Positions 40,975 through 54,289 are shown, numbered from the stretch's first letter. The stretch: DNA of 64,000 bases from Eledone cirrhosa (GCA_964016885.1 OZ024755.1:15934001-15998000); one strand, 5' to 3'. Program-made: numbers and translations. The notes: a model not told the origin generated them from the sequence alone.

Positions 40975-41818
40975 ATTAACCATGGCTGAATCTTCGGAGA
41001 GATCTATGACGAAGCTGTGTAAAGATGATCTCGGGATGTCTTCTTACAATTATAGAAGAGACAGCTTCTCTCAACAGCCACTATTGACTTGAAAGAAGTA
41101 AGCAATTGCTCAAACAGTTTAAAGATGGCACACTGAAGAACATAATCTTCACTGATGAGAAACTGTTTAGTTCAAAAGACATTCAATCATCAAAACAAAT
41201 GTGTTCTTTCAAAAAAAAACATGATATAATCCCTTCTGCTTATAGCAAATGCCTGTTCCCAGAAACCAGCATCGATTTTGGTTTGGACTGCCGTTTCAAA
41301 AGAGGGGAAGTAAAAATCAACCAAGTTTACACTAGAGACATCCTGATGGTACTGCACTGAAGGCGCAGTGCAGTACCACTTATGGTGACGAATGGATGGA
41401 CTCTCCAACAAGACAGGGCTACAAGCCACACTGCTCAAGTAACACAACAGTCCTGCCTTCATCACCAAGGTAGAATAGCCACCCTCATCACCAGATACCA
41501 ACCCTCTTGATTATTCATTGAGATCAATTCTCGAAAGTGAATCATGCTCTACTCTGCACCACACTATTGAGTCTCTGAAGGCAAAATTGGTGAAAGTATG
41601 AGACAATATTCCAATGAAAATTGTGCATGCTGCCATCCAGGCTTTTCCTAAGAGACTTCAAGGTGTTGTGAGAGCAAAGGGAAAGCATACTGAATAAGAT
41701 TTTATGGTGTTAATAAACATTATATTAATTACTTTCTGGCACAATTGTAGCTAGATACAATAAATATTTAAGGAGTTATAAGCATTTTATTATGTAACAG
41801 TATTTATGCTGCACCCTG
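40975..41818 (+). mobile_element. Degraded Tc1/mariner transposon, maT (DD37D)-like
   Basis: IIFTDEKLF, WTLQQDRATSH and PSSPDTNPLDYS motifs in broken frames; ends GCACCCTG|TA. Confidence 0.75.
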
Positions 41819-42669
41819 TAATAATTGTTTCTACTTTAGGCACAAGGCCAGCAATTACCCAGTGCATTACTGGTACTTTATTTTATCGACCCCATAAGGA
41901 TGAAAGGCAAAGTCAACCTCAGCGGGATTTGAACTCAGATCGTAAATGGACGTAACTATGCTGGAAAGCATGGTCCAACCCTCTACTTATACTGCCAATC
42001 CAGTAATAATGGTTTTTGATTTAAGCATAAGGCCAACAATTTGGTGGGATAGAAAAATTGATTAAATCAATCCCACTGGTACTTTATTTTCTATAAGGAT
42101 GAAAAGCAAACCTGGGGAGGGAGGGTTGAACTCAGAGTATAAAAGGATAAAACTATGCCATGAAGAATATTGTCTGGCGCTCTACCAATACTGCCGATCC
42201 AATGGCCTAATATTATTATTAATAGTGGTTTCTGATTTAGGCACAGGACAACAATTTTGGGGGGAGGGGAAAGTCGATTAAATCAACCCCAGTTCAATAC
42301 TGGTACTTCATTTTATCGAACCCTGTATGGATCAAAGGAAAGCTAACCTCAGCGGGATTTTAACTCAGAATGTAAAGGGACATAAATCTAGACCACGAAG
42401 CATGTTGTCCGAAACTGCCGATTCTGCCAATCCTCTGCCCTCTTAGTAGTAATAATAATTGTTTCTACTTTTGGCACAAGGCCAGCAATTATCCCAGTGT
42501 ATTAGTGGTGCTTTATTTTTTCGACCCCGTAAGGATGAAAGGCAAAGTTAACATCGGCCAGCAATTACCCAGTGCATTACTGATACTTGGGTAATTACTG
42601 GCCTTGAAATTGAATAAAATATATCAATAAAAAGATAAACAGAACAGCATTTCAAGGTGTCTTCTATCT

Positions 42670-42675
42670 TTTAAT
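42670..42675 (-). terminator. Candidate SmD1 polyadenylation signal (ATTAAA)
   Basis: About 150 nt after the stop, followed on the minus strand by a GT/T-rich tract. Confidence 0.5.
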
Positions 42676-42826
42676 ACGGAGGTGATTAAGAAAATGATGC
42701 AATGGACTGTTACTGCAATCATATGAAGATGACAAGATGTTTACAAAAAATGTTTTCATACAAAATTTCAAATGAGAGGAAGTAGAATAATTAAAAAAAA
42801 AAATGTAAAAATATTTATATAGGAAA

Positions 42827-42900
42827 TTATCGTCTGCCTCGCCCTCTCCCACGTCCACGACCTCTACCACGCCCACGACCTCGTCCTCGTCCAGGAGCAG
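42827..42900 (-). CDS. SNRPD1: SmD1 exon 4 (AAP(GR)10R, stop)
   Basis: Acceptor TATTTCAG; 74 nt; RG-dipeptide tail typical of SmD1; phase fits exon 3. Confidence 0.95.
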
Positions 42901-43869
42901 CTGAAATAGAAAATATAAATATTGAGATGCAGGAATATGGAGACATGTATGTGAGTGGTAGTGGTGGTGCCATGTCAAAAAGCATGCAGTCAGATGGTAG
43001 TGGTAGTGCCATAATAAAAAGTACGCAGTCAGCCCTGTCAGGTGGTAGTGGTGATCCAATGATAAAAAGTACATAATCAGCCCTGTCAGGTGGTAGTGAT
43101 GGTGCCACGATAAAAAGCAGTTAACATTGTCAGGTGTAGTAGTGGTTCAATGATACAAAATATATCCAGCCTACACTGTAAAATGGTTGTATAAGTGTCA
43201 CAACAAAAAGCACCCAGCCCACACTGTAAAGTGGTCATGTAAGTGTTACAATAAAAAGCACATGCTGTAAATGTGGTTGGCATTAGGAAGGGCATCCAGC
43301 CATAGAAACCTAGCCAGAAACAGTTCTATATGAGCAAGACACGGTCACCTGACCCAACTTGCCTCAAATAGCATGACCTGTTTAACCCATGCTAGCATGG
43401 TAAATGGACATTAAATGATGATGATGTATGTGTGTGTGTATAATTATCAGAAAACAATAATGATATATTAAAATAATGCTTATAAAAAGTTAGAAAAGCG
43501 TTTTAACGTTTCACTAACTAGTCTTTCCTTGGAAGACAGATACAGAGAGAAGGAATCTGAGAGGGGAATATGTTGAATAAAATCAAAATTAACAGATCCT
43601 CCTGTATTTTGTTTTACCTAAATCCCTTATGCCAATATCCACTTTGCATTTTGTATCATTTTGTCATAAGAGGTGACTAAAAAGAGTTGGCAACAGAAAG
43701 GGCATCTGGCTGTAAAACATTGTCACAACCCAACCCAAGATGGAAGAGTGAACATAAAAAACGATGATGATCATGATTTGATGTAATCGCTAAAATAAAT
43801 ACCAGCTGATCAACTAACAGTGGGCCACATAGGATGTGGCTCATAAGGCAGGTCACAATACTAAAAAAT

Positions 43870-44190
43870 TCAAGGCAATTTGTAAATTAGGTGGATTCCC
43901 CTGAAGTGTCTTTGGAGTAATGTTACTTGATAGAGTGTATAACTCGGAGATCAGAGAGTCACTACTTCTCTGAATTGAGAGAACACAGCTATGAGCATGT
44001 GGTTAGAATGTCTCAGGAAAGAATTGCTACTCAGATTTTACGCGAGGGGACCCTGGGGTAGACCCCGACCAAGATGGTTCGGTAACATCCATGAGCTTGG
44101 CTGATCCAGCCGGATCAGATGTAGACAGATGCTTCTGAGAGAACCCACTGGAAGGAGTGTTTGATGACTATGCTCCCACAATCACTACGC
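43870..44190 (+). mobile_element. Degraded RTE-like LINE fragment in SmD1 intron 3 (antisense to the gene)
   Basis: GRPRPRW motif with decayed flanking frames. Confidence 0.45.
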
Positions 44191-44348
44191 TCTCAGGAAA
44201 AAGTAGGCAAAGGTGTGCCATTCAGAAAGCCAAACAGGCTGCAGTTTGCTCATGACTGAACTAAACCCTTGAAGATGGTGCCCTAGCATGACATCAGTCC
44301 AATGAGTAAAAACAATAAAATAAACACTGAGTCAATATAACCGCTTAC

Positions 44349-44540
44349 CCATTTCCTTCTTCTTGGCTTTGGCCTTTGGTGTGTCATCAATGAGTAATGT
44401 ATCCAGGGGCAAACTGTCAGGAAGAATGAAGTACCGGATGTTGTTACCACGTATACTTAATGTCTCTAATTGTACAGGGTCCTTGTTCTTTAGAGTCATT
44501 TTCACAGCTTTTAAGTGTGTGTTCATACTGACATCAACAC
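44349..44540 (-). CDS. SNRPD1: SmD1 exon 3
   Basis: 192 nt, CTGCCAG|...|GTAAGC; [49 protein letters not shown] (Sm1/Sm2 motifs). Confidence 0.97.
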
Positions 44541-45632
44541 CTGGCAGAAGAAAAGTAGAAAAAACATTATAAATTTACCTAATTTGTAAAGTGAAGAAGT
44601 AGAAAAGGCAGTAAAATGGTCAAATATAAATAAGATCTACATGACTGACTACTGAAATGATGTATCATCATAAATAAGAAGCATGGGTTAAACAGGTTGT
44701 CGTATACTGAAGCTGGACTAGATAAGTCACCATGTCTTGCTCATATGCTCCATTTTTGGTTTGGTTTCTACAGCTGGATGCCCTTCCTAATGCCAATCAC
44801 TTTACAGCATGTACTGAGAGCATTTTTTCATGATTCAGGCACTACCACCTTACAGGGTACTTTTTGTCATGACATCAGCACTACCACCTTAATGTGTGGA
44901 CTAGGTGCTTTTCATCATAACACCAGCATTACCACCTTACAGTGTGGGCTGGAACATTTTTATCATGGTACCAGCACAACTGTCTTACAATGCAGACCGA
45001 GTGCTTTTTATTATGGGACCAGTACCACCACTTTACAGAGTGAGCTGGGAGCATTTTTATCATGGCACCAACACTGAGGAGGCAATGATGGAAGAGAGGG
45101 TGAGGGCCATACAGTCATGAGAGAAAAAGCTTCAGACTGTGAAGGTGGCTTTGAAGAAAGTGAGTTGTGCCTGGCAAAAATTTTGTGGGGTGCATTTGGC
45201 TTTCTATGCAAGCATGGGTTGGACAAGGAAAGTGATTCAGAGATATGGATGGGAGTAAGGTACCCGTCTTGTAAAATACAAATACAAACTATGTTCCAAT
45301 GGACATATGTCATTTTACAGCAAATTAACTCAGTTGATATATATTGTATATACTCAAATATAAGCCAAGGAATATGTGACCACAAAATCGATGGTAGAAG
45401 GGTTGGGGGTCAGCTTAAGGGTTAATATTTTGACGAATTTCACCAGCTTGAAATTCTTCATAAATAAGGTATGGATTTTTGCTCATTTTTCAAACATAAA
45501 ATAGTGGGATTGACATATTTGAGTATATATGGTAAATGAACAACAAAATACAATAGTTGATTATTTGAAATTATAGCTGAAAAGATACACAACTGAAAGC
45601 GTAACTGGAGAAAGTAAATTGACACAACAGAC

Positions 45633-45709
45633 CTGTGATGGTTCCATGTACAAGGGTGCCATTTTTTAATTCAATTGTCACTGTCTCATGACTCAGTTTC
45701 ATCAAAAAT
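45633..45709 (-). CDS. SNRPD1: SmD1 exon 2
   Basis: 77 nt, TTTCAG|...|GTCTGT; [25 protein letters not shown]. Confidence 0.97.
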
Positions 45710-46102
45710 CTGAAATGAATAAATTTAATTATCAATATCTTCATTACTATAATAAAGCAATGGATTGGCAGAGTTGTTAAAGCATAAGTTGAACAAATGT
45801 GTAGCAGTATTTGTTCTGGCTCTTTACGTTGAGAGTTCAAATTCCTCTAGTCAACTTTGCTTTTCGTCCTTTCAGAGTCAGTAAAATAAAGCACCAGTAA
45901 AGTGTAAGGGGTGATTTAATCAATTACTGACCTTGTGCTTAAATTAGAAACCATTATTATTACTATTATTATCATTATTATAATCACTACTAGGACTGTG
46001 ACATGACACCACAAAAAGCGCCCAGTCCACCCTGTCAGCTGGTGGTGCCGGTACCATGACGAAATGATTTTGGTTCGGTTTCTACGGCTGGATACCCTTC
46101 CC

Positions 46103-46133
<31 letters not shown>

Positions 46134-46134
46134 T

Positions 46135-46184
46135 TCTTGTCTGATGATCCTGTGATAAACAAGCGAAACACCAGAATAACAAGA
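46135..46184 (+). ncRNA. Type I hammerhead motif in SmD1 intron 1 (antisense to the gene), partly decayed
   Basis: TCTTGT-CTGATGA-[weak stem II]-GAAA-CACCAGA-ATA-ACAAGA: perfect 6-bp stem I; directly follows (TA)n. Confidence 0.6.
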
Positions 46185-47279
46185 CTCACTATTTAGTCTT
46201 AATAAAATGAATATTTAAACTCTACTTAAAGAGTATTGAGTAGTCTTTTCTCCCACCGGTCAACCACATACGGATATATACATACAGACACACATATTAT
46301 TCAATTTATGAAAGTTGGTTGATCAAATAATCCGCCGACTTTTTTGTAACAGACGTAAAGCACTCTGATTTGTTTTCCTTTGTATTTTCTCAGTAAGGTA
46401 TTAACCGGAGTCTCAATATTATGAATAAGGGAGGCTGTTTAATTAATACATCTTTTTATTACATATTTCTGTTATGTACGAATTAAATCATCTCTCTTAT
46501 TCATTATATATATATATATACTCACATATATATATATAATATATATAACGGTGTCTATATTTAAAAAGCGACTAGGCCGTGGTAAATATATATCATGGCT
46601 GATACCCTTTAATGAGCGCAGATACGGGTTACATAAGGATTACTTGTTTGACTTTAAAATTAAAATACAATCAGAATGCAATTGCTAAGTAACTAACAAG
46701 AAATATTTTAAAAGCAAACTGGATCGGCATAAAGTATATTTTCTAACTGCTAAAGCAATGATTAAACGAGAAAATTTTTGAGAACGACTAAGGACTATCT
46801 CTCCGAATTCTGTATTAGCAACACACTAGACTTAAAACTTTTAGTCAAACATTGTAACAGGCAAGTCTTGAAATTTTGCAGATATGGACAGAATGAAGAG
46901 ACGAAATACTTGGATATGTGAGTAAAATGTTGGGAAAATGTAAATAAAACCCGGCATAGGATTTTCGAAAAATTAAAATGAAATTAAACCGATATTATGA
47001 CGGCAAATCTCAACAAACAAGACAGGTTATAATAGAACTAAGGATGGATTAATCGGGATAAACATCTTGTATTGAGATCATAAAATAAAGTTTATTCTAC
47101 GTAGTTTTTAATTACTTTCATAGCTCATGTTTACAACAAAGCATCGTGACAGAAACCGGAAGAAGTTTTGTTTCATACTTTATTCTGTATACAGCAAACA
47201 TTTACGCAACAATATGTATTTTAAAATACTCTTTGACTCCTTCTTTAATGTATTTCATAAAATATAATAGAATACTTAC

Positions 47280-47293
47280 CTTACTAATTTCAT
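47280..47293 (-). CDS. SNRPD1: SmD1 exon 1 coding part (MKLVR)
   Basis: ATGAAATTAGTAAG|GTAAGTAT; exons 14+77+192+74 = 357 nt = 118 aa plus stop. Confidence 0.95.
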
Positions 47294-47339
47294 GATGAAC
47301 TGGATTTATAACTAAGACTGGTTATGAAAATTGGATGCC

Positions 47340-47412
47340 AGAAACGGGCGGTTTAATTTCAATATTAAAAACTGGAGATCTGTTTTAAAGGGACATAATT
47401 TACTTCCGGTGT
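47340..47412 (-). promoter_or_regulatory. Candidate SmD1 promoter: ETS/GABP-type CCGGAAGT (47402-47409) and GGGCGG (47346-47351)
   Basis: Motifs 50-115 nt upstream of the ATG; typical of TATA-less housekeeping promoters. Confidence 0.5.
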
Positions 47413-48171
47413 TCTATTAATTTTTTTTTCTCTAAATCTAGAGTTATTTCCCCTATATTTTTATTTTTACTTCAATCACTCGACCACCATATTATAAATG
47501 TTACATTCAATGATAGTGTTACGTTTATCAATTTAACATTTTCAATACAACAAATAAAACTATGCAGATATATACAATACTAAAAAAAGGAAGGGGGACT
47601 AATAAGGAAGAAAAATAAAGCGAGAGAAGACTCTTAAACACACACCACAACAACGGGCGTTGGATCTTCTCTCTAATAATTTCTGAGGCAAGCCAGCACA
47701 CTTACAGCATTGCCGCGAGTGATAGCGGGGCTAAGGTACTGGAACATCCTCGCCATATTGTAATGCTAGTTACCACAATCACCCACACACACACAACCGC
47801 CACCACCACTAAGCAATACCCCCAAGTTAAGTTGATTTGTGGCTTGGTCATCTTACAAATCCTTCAATTATTTTACAGAAGAAATAACTTTTATACCATT
47901 CTGCAGTATTTACTTGCGCTAACGAGAAAGCTTCCACAGATTCACAGAACCAGCTAGAAATAGCAACCAAATTTCCCTCACCTTGCACAAAAGTATCATT
48001 TTAAAAAGTATTAGATAGTATAGTCCTAGATATACTGTCTGGACTACAACAAACACTACAAGATGAGATGGTCATGGCTTAAATTCCCTTGCATAGGGCT
48101 GGCTAGGGCTTATCAAAAAACAATACTTAGAGCTATTGAGAGTGAAATGACTTGATCAGGGACACAATGTC

Positions 48172-48400
48172 TGGTATCTCATCTGGTGGTATGGTATACT
48201 AATTGGTGGTAAGGTATCACAACTATGGTATACCAACTGGTGGTTTAACATCTCATCTGGTGGTATGATATACTAACTGATGGGATGGTATCACAACTGA
48301 GAGTATGTTTTACCAGCTGGTGGTATAGTATACCAACTGGGGGTATGATATCTCAACTGATGGTATAGTGTATCAACTAGTGGTATGGTATACCAACAGC
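48172..48400. repeat. 20-bp minisatellite (TGGTATACCAACTGGTGGTA-like), ~11 units
   Basis: Directly visible diverged array. Confidence 0.85.
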
Positions 48401-49499
48401 TCAACGATCTATGCTACATTATCATGTATATAAGTCTAGATATAAGATGGAGAATTGGCATGGGTTGTTATATCATTGAATGGAGTGCTATGCTGTGTTT
48501 CTTCCAGTTCTCTGCAATCTGAGTTCAACTTGGAACTGGGAACAACTTTTTTTTTATCCTTTCAATGTGGGTAACTAAAACTTCTAGTCCAGGGATGGGG
48601 TTGGCGGTGAACTAGCAGAATTGTTGGAGTATTGGATAAGAGGTCTTGCAGTATCTGATTAAAATATTTGCATTCTGAGTTCAAATTCCACCTAGATATC
48701 AATAGCTATGGCTGATCATTCAACCAAAGGGTTGCCCCATACAGCCTGCAATTGACCAATGTGAAAAGGTAAGCCTACAACCAGCATGAAGGATTCTCTG
48801 TTGAGAAGACACCCTCCTCACCAAGAAACCTTGGTGGGGTTGCCAGTTTTGGTGGTGGTGGTAGTATTAGTGGTGACAGCAATAGCTGTGGTGATGGTGG
48901 TGGCTATGGCTGTTGCTGTTGCTGTTTCACCTGGTATGAAAGTTGTGTAACAGCTTTTTATTCCAGGTAAACCACCCTAAGAAATTCAATAGATGTCCTT
49001 GATGATATTTTTTTTTTTTTAGATTTTCTATCATTAATGTTATTTACCTGAAATAACCCCCACCCCATCTCACCTGAATAACTGGTCAACTCAGTCGGTT
49101 AATCTACATATACTTAAACAATTATCGCTCATTAAGCACCTTAAGAATAAGTCAATATGTTAAATTAGCTCAATAGACGGAGGGATTGGCAGAGACAATT
49201 TTTCATATCAATGAGGAGAGACCATTTAGAAATAGTTAGTTATTGGCATTCAATCAACTTGGTAGGGGACACTGTTGACACCTCTCACTTGCATTAACTT
49301 ATTTGACCTTAATAACAATTTACAAAAGTAAGTTGGTATATTCACATATTTTGTGATATGCATTTCTGAAACTTATATTCATCATCATCATCATCATTGT
49401 TTTAATGTCTGCTTAAAACAATGACAACGATGATGATAATGATGTATATTTAAGTTTCAGAGATGCATTTCACAAAATATGTGAATATATCAACTTATA

Positions 49500-50628
49500 G
49501 AAACTCCATTTTATGTCCTAAATGCAAAGTATGGGTGCATAAAAGATGTAGTGGGATCACAGGTAAGCTAACTAAGAACATAGATTTTACATGTGGCCGG
49601 TGTTCTGGTGCAATAAGTAGCAGCAAGTGCCCACGAAATACTAGCTCTTTCAATTGCGCAGAGGGTTCTATAGAAATAGTGGACAGCTTCCATTACCTGG
49701 GCGATAAAATCAGCAGTGGGGGAGGGTGCTCTGAAAGTACAGTAGCTAGAGTCAGAACTGGTTGGAAAAAGTTCAGAGAGCTTATACCACTATTAGCTGC
49801 TAAAGGGTTCTCCCTAAAAATGAAAGGCAGGTTGTACGATGCCTGCATACGAACAGCAATGTTGCATGGCAGTGAGACCTGGGCATTGTGTGCAGAGGAT
49901 ATACGCAGACTAGAGAGGAACGAAGCTTGCATGCTCCGCTGGATGTGTAACAGTAATATACGTGAACGGCAAAGCATAAACGAACTAAGGAAAAAATTAG
50001 AAATAAGAGGGATCAGATGTTGTTTACTCGAGAGAAGGCTACGTTGGTATGGACACGTGATGCGCATGAAAGTCGATAGCTGTATAAAAAAGTGCAGGGC
50101 AATAAAGATAGACGGTAGCCACGGAATAGGCAGACCTAGAAAAACCTGGGACGAGCTGATAAACTCCGACCTCACACACTTACACCTCTCCAAGACAATG
50201 TCACTGGACCGAGACCTTTAGCGGTACTCAGTAACAGAGAAGACCCGCCTTGCCAGTAGGCATCTCTAACAAAATACACCCCGTCCCACCACCACCACCC
50301 CCACCCCATCCATACCACCCCGTTCTATGTAAAGTTATGTTGGTGCCGCGCCATCCAGGCCGAAACAAATGAGATCGTGTAGGTGTCACGACAAAAAAAC
50401 ACACAGTCCACGCTGTAATGTGGCCGTGTAGGCAACACGGTAAAAACCTCCCAGACCCACACTGTAAATGTGGTTGGTGTTAGGAAGGGCATCCAACTGT
50501 AGAAAACCTGCCAGACAGTCCTATGCGAGCAAGACAATCACTCTTGCCTCAAGTGGGACTACCCCCGTCCAAACCCATGCAAGCGTGGAACACGGACGTT
50601 AAACGTTGATGATGATGATGATGATGAT
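49500..50628 (+). mobile_element. 5'-truncated RTE-clade LINE with PHD-like finger and (GAT)n tail
   Basis: CPKCKVWVHKRC...CGRC, FHYLG, LHGSETW, RRLRWYGHVMR, GRPRKTW; premature TAG at 50219-50221 (TGG in the 57124 copy), natural stop 50267-50269; site is empty (TA)n in copy 2 (about 58534-58569). Confidence 0.9.
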
Positions 50629-51429
50629 ATATAGTTGAAGGAGACAACAAACAGAGGTACAAAAAGTTTTATTAGTGTCATGCTTTATATTAGAAAGAAG
50701 AAAGAAAGTTTGATTTGTCATGCAATACCTTTCTTCAGGAGTACAATATATATAGGGAGGTGTATATATTAATATACACTTATTTACATAGATATGTATA
50801 TGTTGTTGACGTTATGGTGTAAAACTGGTTATATATATCAATAAAATACAGCAGAGGTTGAGGATTCACATAAAATTAAAATGTATTTTTTTCAATTTTA
50901 GCACTCCTGCAAATAAATAGAAATTTTGGGTTTTTTTTAATGCCATTTATCCACCAACAGCAGTCAAATATTTTTCAAATGACCTACTTTAAATGTCTAC
51001 ACAAATATATGAGTTAATGTAGTCATATATATATCATATCTAGGAAATAATGTGGTGGTCACAGCTAGAATGCGTTTGATTATAGGTTTGTTTGACAAGG
51101 GCTGAGCTAGGACTAAACAATAACTCCCTAAATTATCCTCATCCCTTTCTTTAGTTTAAACTTATATACTTTCACAAATCGCTATCTCTGCCTTAATTAG
51201 GTTAACAGACACTGGTTGCTATTTATAGCATGTCATATGAGCAGTTCATAGATTTCTTTTTGTTGCTATGCCTACTACTAACGACATCATCATCATCAAC
51301 ATCAATATTTTATCAGCAATTGGAAAGACCAATGGAAACATTCTTTCTTTGTACAAGGTGTGCATATATCGAGCAATAGCATTAATTGGAATGAGTTCTG
51401 TACAGGGTGGACCATGTGAAGGTTGCCAT

Positions 51430-51725
51430 TTCCCACCCAATTTGCCAACCAGGACTCCACATCTAAACTAGCTGGCTTTGACCTTCCCAGAAAGCAATAG
51501 ATTTCCCTTAATCGAATCTGCACAACACATACCAGGACAGCCCATCATCTCCATCAATGGAAAATGAAAGACAGCCCCCCAGCATGTGACTGTGGGGACC
51601 CTGACCAGACAGTACTGCATGTTGTTCAGGATTGCCCCCTCAGATGCTTTCCCAGCGGCCTGGAGGCAACCCTCAATTTTGCAAATGACACCTTGGTCTG
51701 GCTTGCCGGTCTCAACCTGCAAAAA
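51430..51725 (+). mobile_element. 3' fragment of an I-group (Vingi/Ingi-like) LINE
   Basis: GFDLPRKQ*ISLNRICT...LHQWKMKDSPPACDCGDPDQTVLHVVQDCP...WL (terminal CCHC knuckle). Confidence 0.65.
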
Positions 51726-51826
51726 GAAGATTCTTCCTTTGGTCCAATCTGAGGTGTTCCACTCCTATCGGTAAGCGATTGAGGTCTGGGATCTTGTTGT
51801 TTGGGTCATTAAGTTAGTTATATCAT

Positions 51827-52410
51827 TATGGTCCATCTGGGCATTTCACTCCACCTGGTCTTATGGTCCATCTGGGCATTTCGCTCCACCTGGGTCTCAT
51901 GGTCCATCTGGGCATTTCACTCCACCTGGGTCTTATGGTCCATCTGGGCATTTCACTCCACCTGGGTCTTTTGGTCCATCTAGGCATTTTAGTCCCCCTG
52001 GCCATTCTGGCATGCCTTGCTATTATGGTGGTCCAAATCACTTTCAAAATCCAAGACACTTCCATGGTCCGAATTATCAAGACATGTGTCACTCTAATGA
52101 AAATGGCTTCTCTCAGAGGCCAGAACAGAGAGATTCTTCTTACTCTCCCAAATCATGGCACTTTGACGGTGATCATCACTTTGGCAGACCAGAAAATTCT
52201 GGCCATCATGGTCCATTTCACAAAAGAAATATATCAGATGAGAGAAGCCAAGAGGATAAAAGAGATTTTTCATTGAATTCCAAGCATGATAGATTCCCAC
52301 ACAATCACCCCTGGAGAGATTTTGGAAGACATAACTATTATCGCCGATTTTCTAAACTGACTACACCCATTGAAGAGCGACCGATTTTCCGAGAATTTGA
52401 TTTCTGCTAA
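51827..52410 (+). pseudogene. 5'-deleted duplicate of the His/Gly/Pro-rich gene
   Basis: Starts inside the 36-bp repeats, has a 1-nt deletion (CCTGGTCTT versus CCTGGGTCTT) and lacks the splice acceptor, start codon and N-terminal half; the last 132 codons remain open. Confidence 0.85.
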
Positions 52411-53049
52411 AATATTATTTTAACATTTCTGATTTTCCCCCTTACCTTTTTTTTTCTTTTTATATTTTGCTAGCAATTTAGGAACTGGTATTTTACTTTA
52501 TATCTTAAAAACAACTGCAAGAAAGCCTTCTTTCTTTAGATGAAAATGTAGGGAAATTCATCTATAAAAACAATTCAAAATAAAAAAACATATTACCAAC
52601 CTAACTCTAATATATATATATACATATACCAGCCTTAGTCCTAATATATACATACATATACCGGCCTTAACCCTAACATAATATAAATTAATTGCCTCTG
52701 TGTAGATAAATTGTATCTGTAGGTAAAGTGTAATAAAATGAATTTGCTGATTCTTTTGTTTTGGCAGAAACAGAAATGGTTGCAGACATCATTAGTACCT
52801 TTAGATATAATATTCCAGATCATAATTATTTTTGTGTCCTAAATACAGTTCAAAAGGCAGTGCTTCTTCAACAGTGGTTAAAGTCTACTAAGACCACTGA
52901 GACCAAATTCCTGGGACAACTATGAGACTGAAATACCAGGCACTAAATATATATATTCCTAGTAGGCGCTTATCTATCTGTAAATGTATTGTACCAAATT
53001 TTTTTCAACTATTATTTACAGTAATTGACTATTGTTACAGTCATTTTCT

Positions 53050-53992
53050 GAGAATCCGTGTTGCGTTTGAGGGAGCCCGCGGAAGTCCAGAAATCGAGCT
53101 AGCTGTGAGCTTGCGATCCCTCAATCCACTATCTGGCGTGTACTAAGAAGACGTCTACATTTGAAACCATACAGACTACCTCGTTCAGGCACTTACCAAT
53201 GACGACAAGAGGAAGCGGATGGAATTTTGCGAAGATGCTGGAGATGATGGAGATGATGGAAGATAAAACCTTCATTTCACGTTTAATTTTTAGTGATGAA
53301 GCGACTTTTCACTTGAGCGGTACAGTCAATCGTCACAATGTGCATATTTGAGGAACAGAGCACCCACATGAAACAGTTGAGCATGAAAAACATTCCCCTT
53401 CTGTGCTGTGTGTCAGGACAAGGTTTATGGTCCCTTTTTCTTTGAAGGAAACACTGTTACAGGACAAACCTATCTCGATATGCTCCAAAAATGGCTCTTC
53501 ACTTCACTGCAAGCAGATTCGCATGACTTCATTTTTCAACAAGATGGAACACTGCCCCATTGGCACCTGATGGTTTGGGCTTTTTTAAATGAAAAAGTGC
53601 CCCAGCGATGGATTGGCCGGAAAGGGGCCCAAGACCTTGCTCTTTGTGCTTGGCCTGCGAGATCCCCAGACCTTACTGTGTGATTTTTCTTGTGGGGATA
53701 TGTAAAAGATCATGTTTATGATCCACCGCTACCCACTAACCTTGATGACGTTAAACATCAAATAACAACAGCGATCAACTCAGTGGTAATATGCTGATAC
53801 GTGTCTGGGAGGAATTCTCTTATCGTATTGATGTTGCCCATGCTGCAGGTGATGGCTACATTGAACACTTGTAAGACAGGAAATAAAAGCTGATTGTGAG
53901 TAGAATACTTGTGACTTAGCTGGAGTTTTCTATTGCTTTTCTTATTAAAATATTGCGTAATGAAATCGGATCATTCTTTTTGAATAACCCTG
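53050..53992 (+). mobile_element. Tc1/mariner (rosa/DD41D-like) element, 5'-deleted copy
   Basis: FSDEATF, QQDGTLPH, WPARSPDLT motifs; right TIR ...TTTTTGAATAACCCTG|TA. Confidence 0.88.
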
Positions 53993-54289
53993 TATATTAT
54001 TTAAGAAAATATTTTTAACATCGCCACCCAAAAAACAATGTATTGATTAGCTGCCTTGATTTATAAATGAGGTTTGAATTTTCTCAGACATAAAATGAGG
54101 TGGGGAAACGATCAGCTAATATTTGGGTATATACGGTGTTTATATATATCATTTGATCTAAATGGCATTCACATGTATTGCATGAGCATCGCCTTTTATT
54201 TTCTCTTTCATTGACTATTGATGAGTGGCATGTTCTCTGCAAATTAGTCATGGTTCTGCATAGGAAATCAATCACGACGGGCTTCGCTT

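Larger units (their letters stand above)
48851..54262 (+). repeat. Direct segmental duplication, copy 1 (copy 2 about 57860-63224)
   Basis: Colinear, highly similar blocks: intron-like region, end of the His/Gly/Pro ORF, 3' flank, Tc1/mariner element and its flank; copies differ by several large indels. Confidence 0.92.

Noticed and set aside
47272-47281. ATACTTACCT, identical to the 5' end of U1 snRNA
   Set aside because: No U1 body follows; it is the reverse complement of the SmD1 exon 1 donor AG|GTAAGTAT.
49463-50221. 252-aa ORF as a host PHD-finger gene
   Set aside because: C-terminal RTE ORF fused by chance to an upstream ATG in the flank; absent from the duplicate copy.
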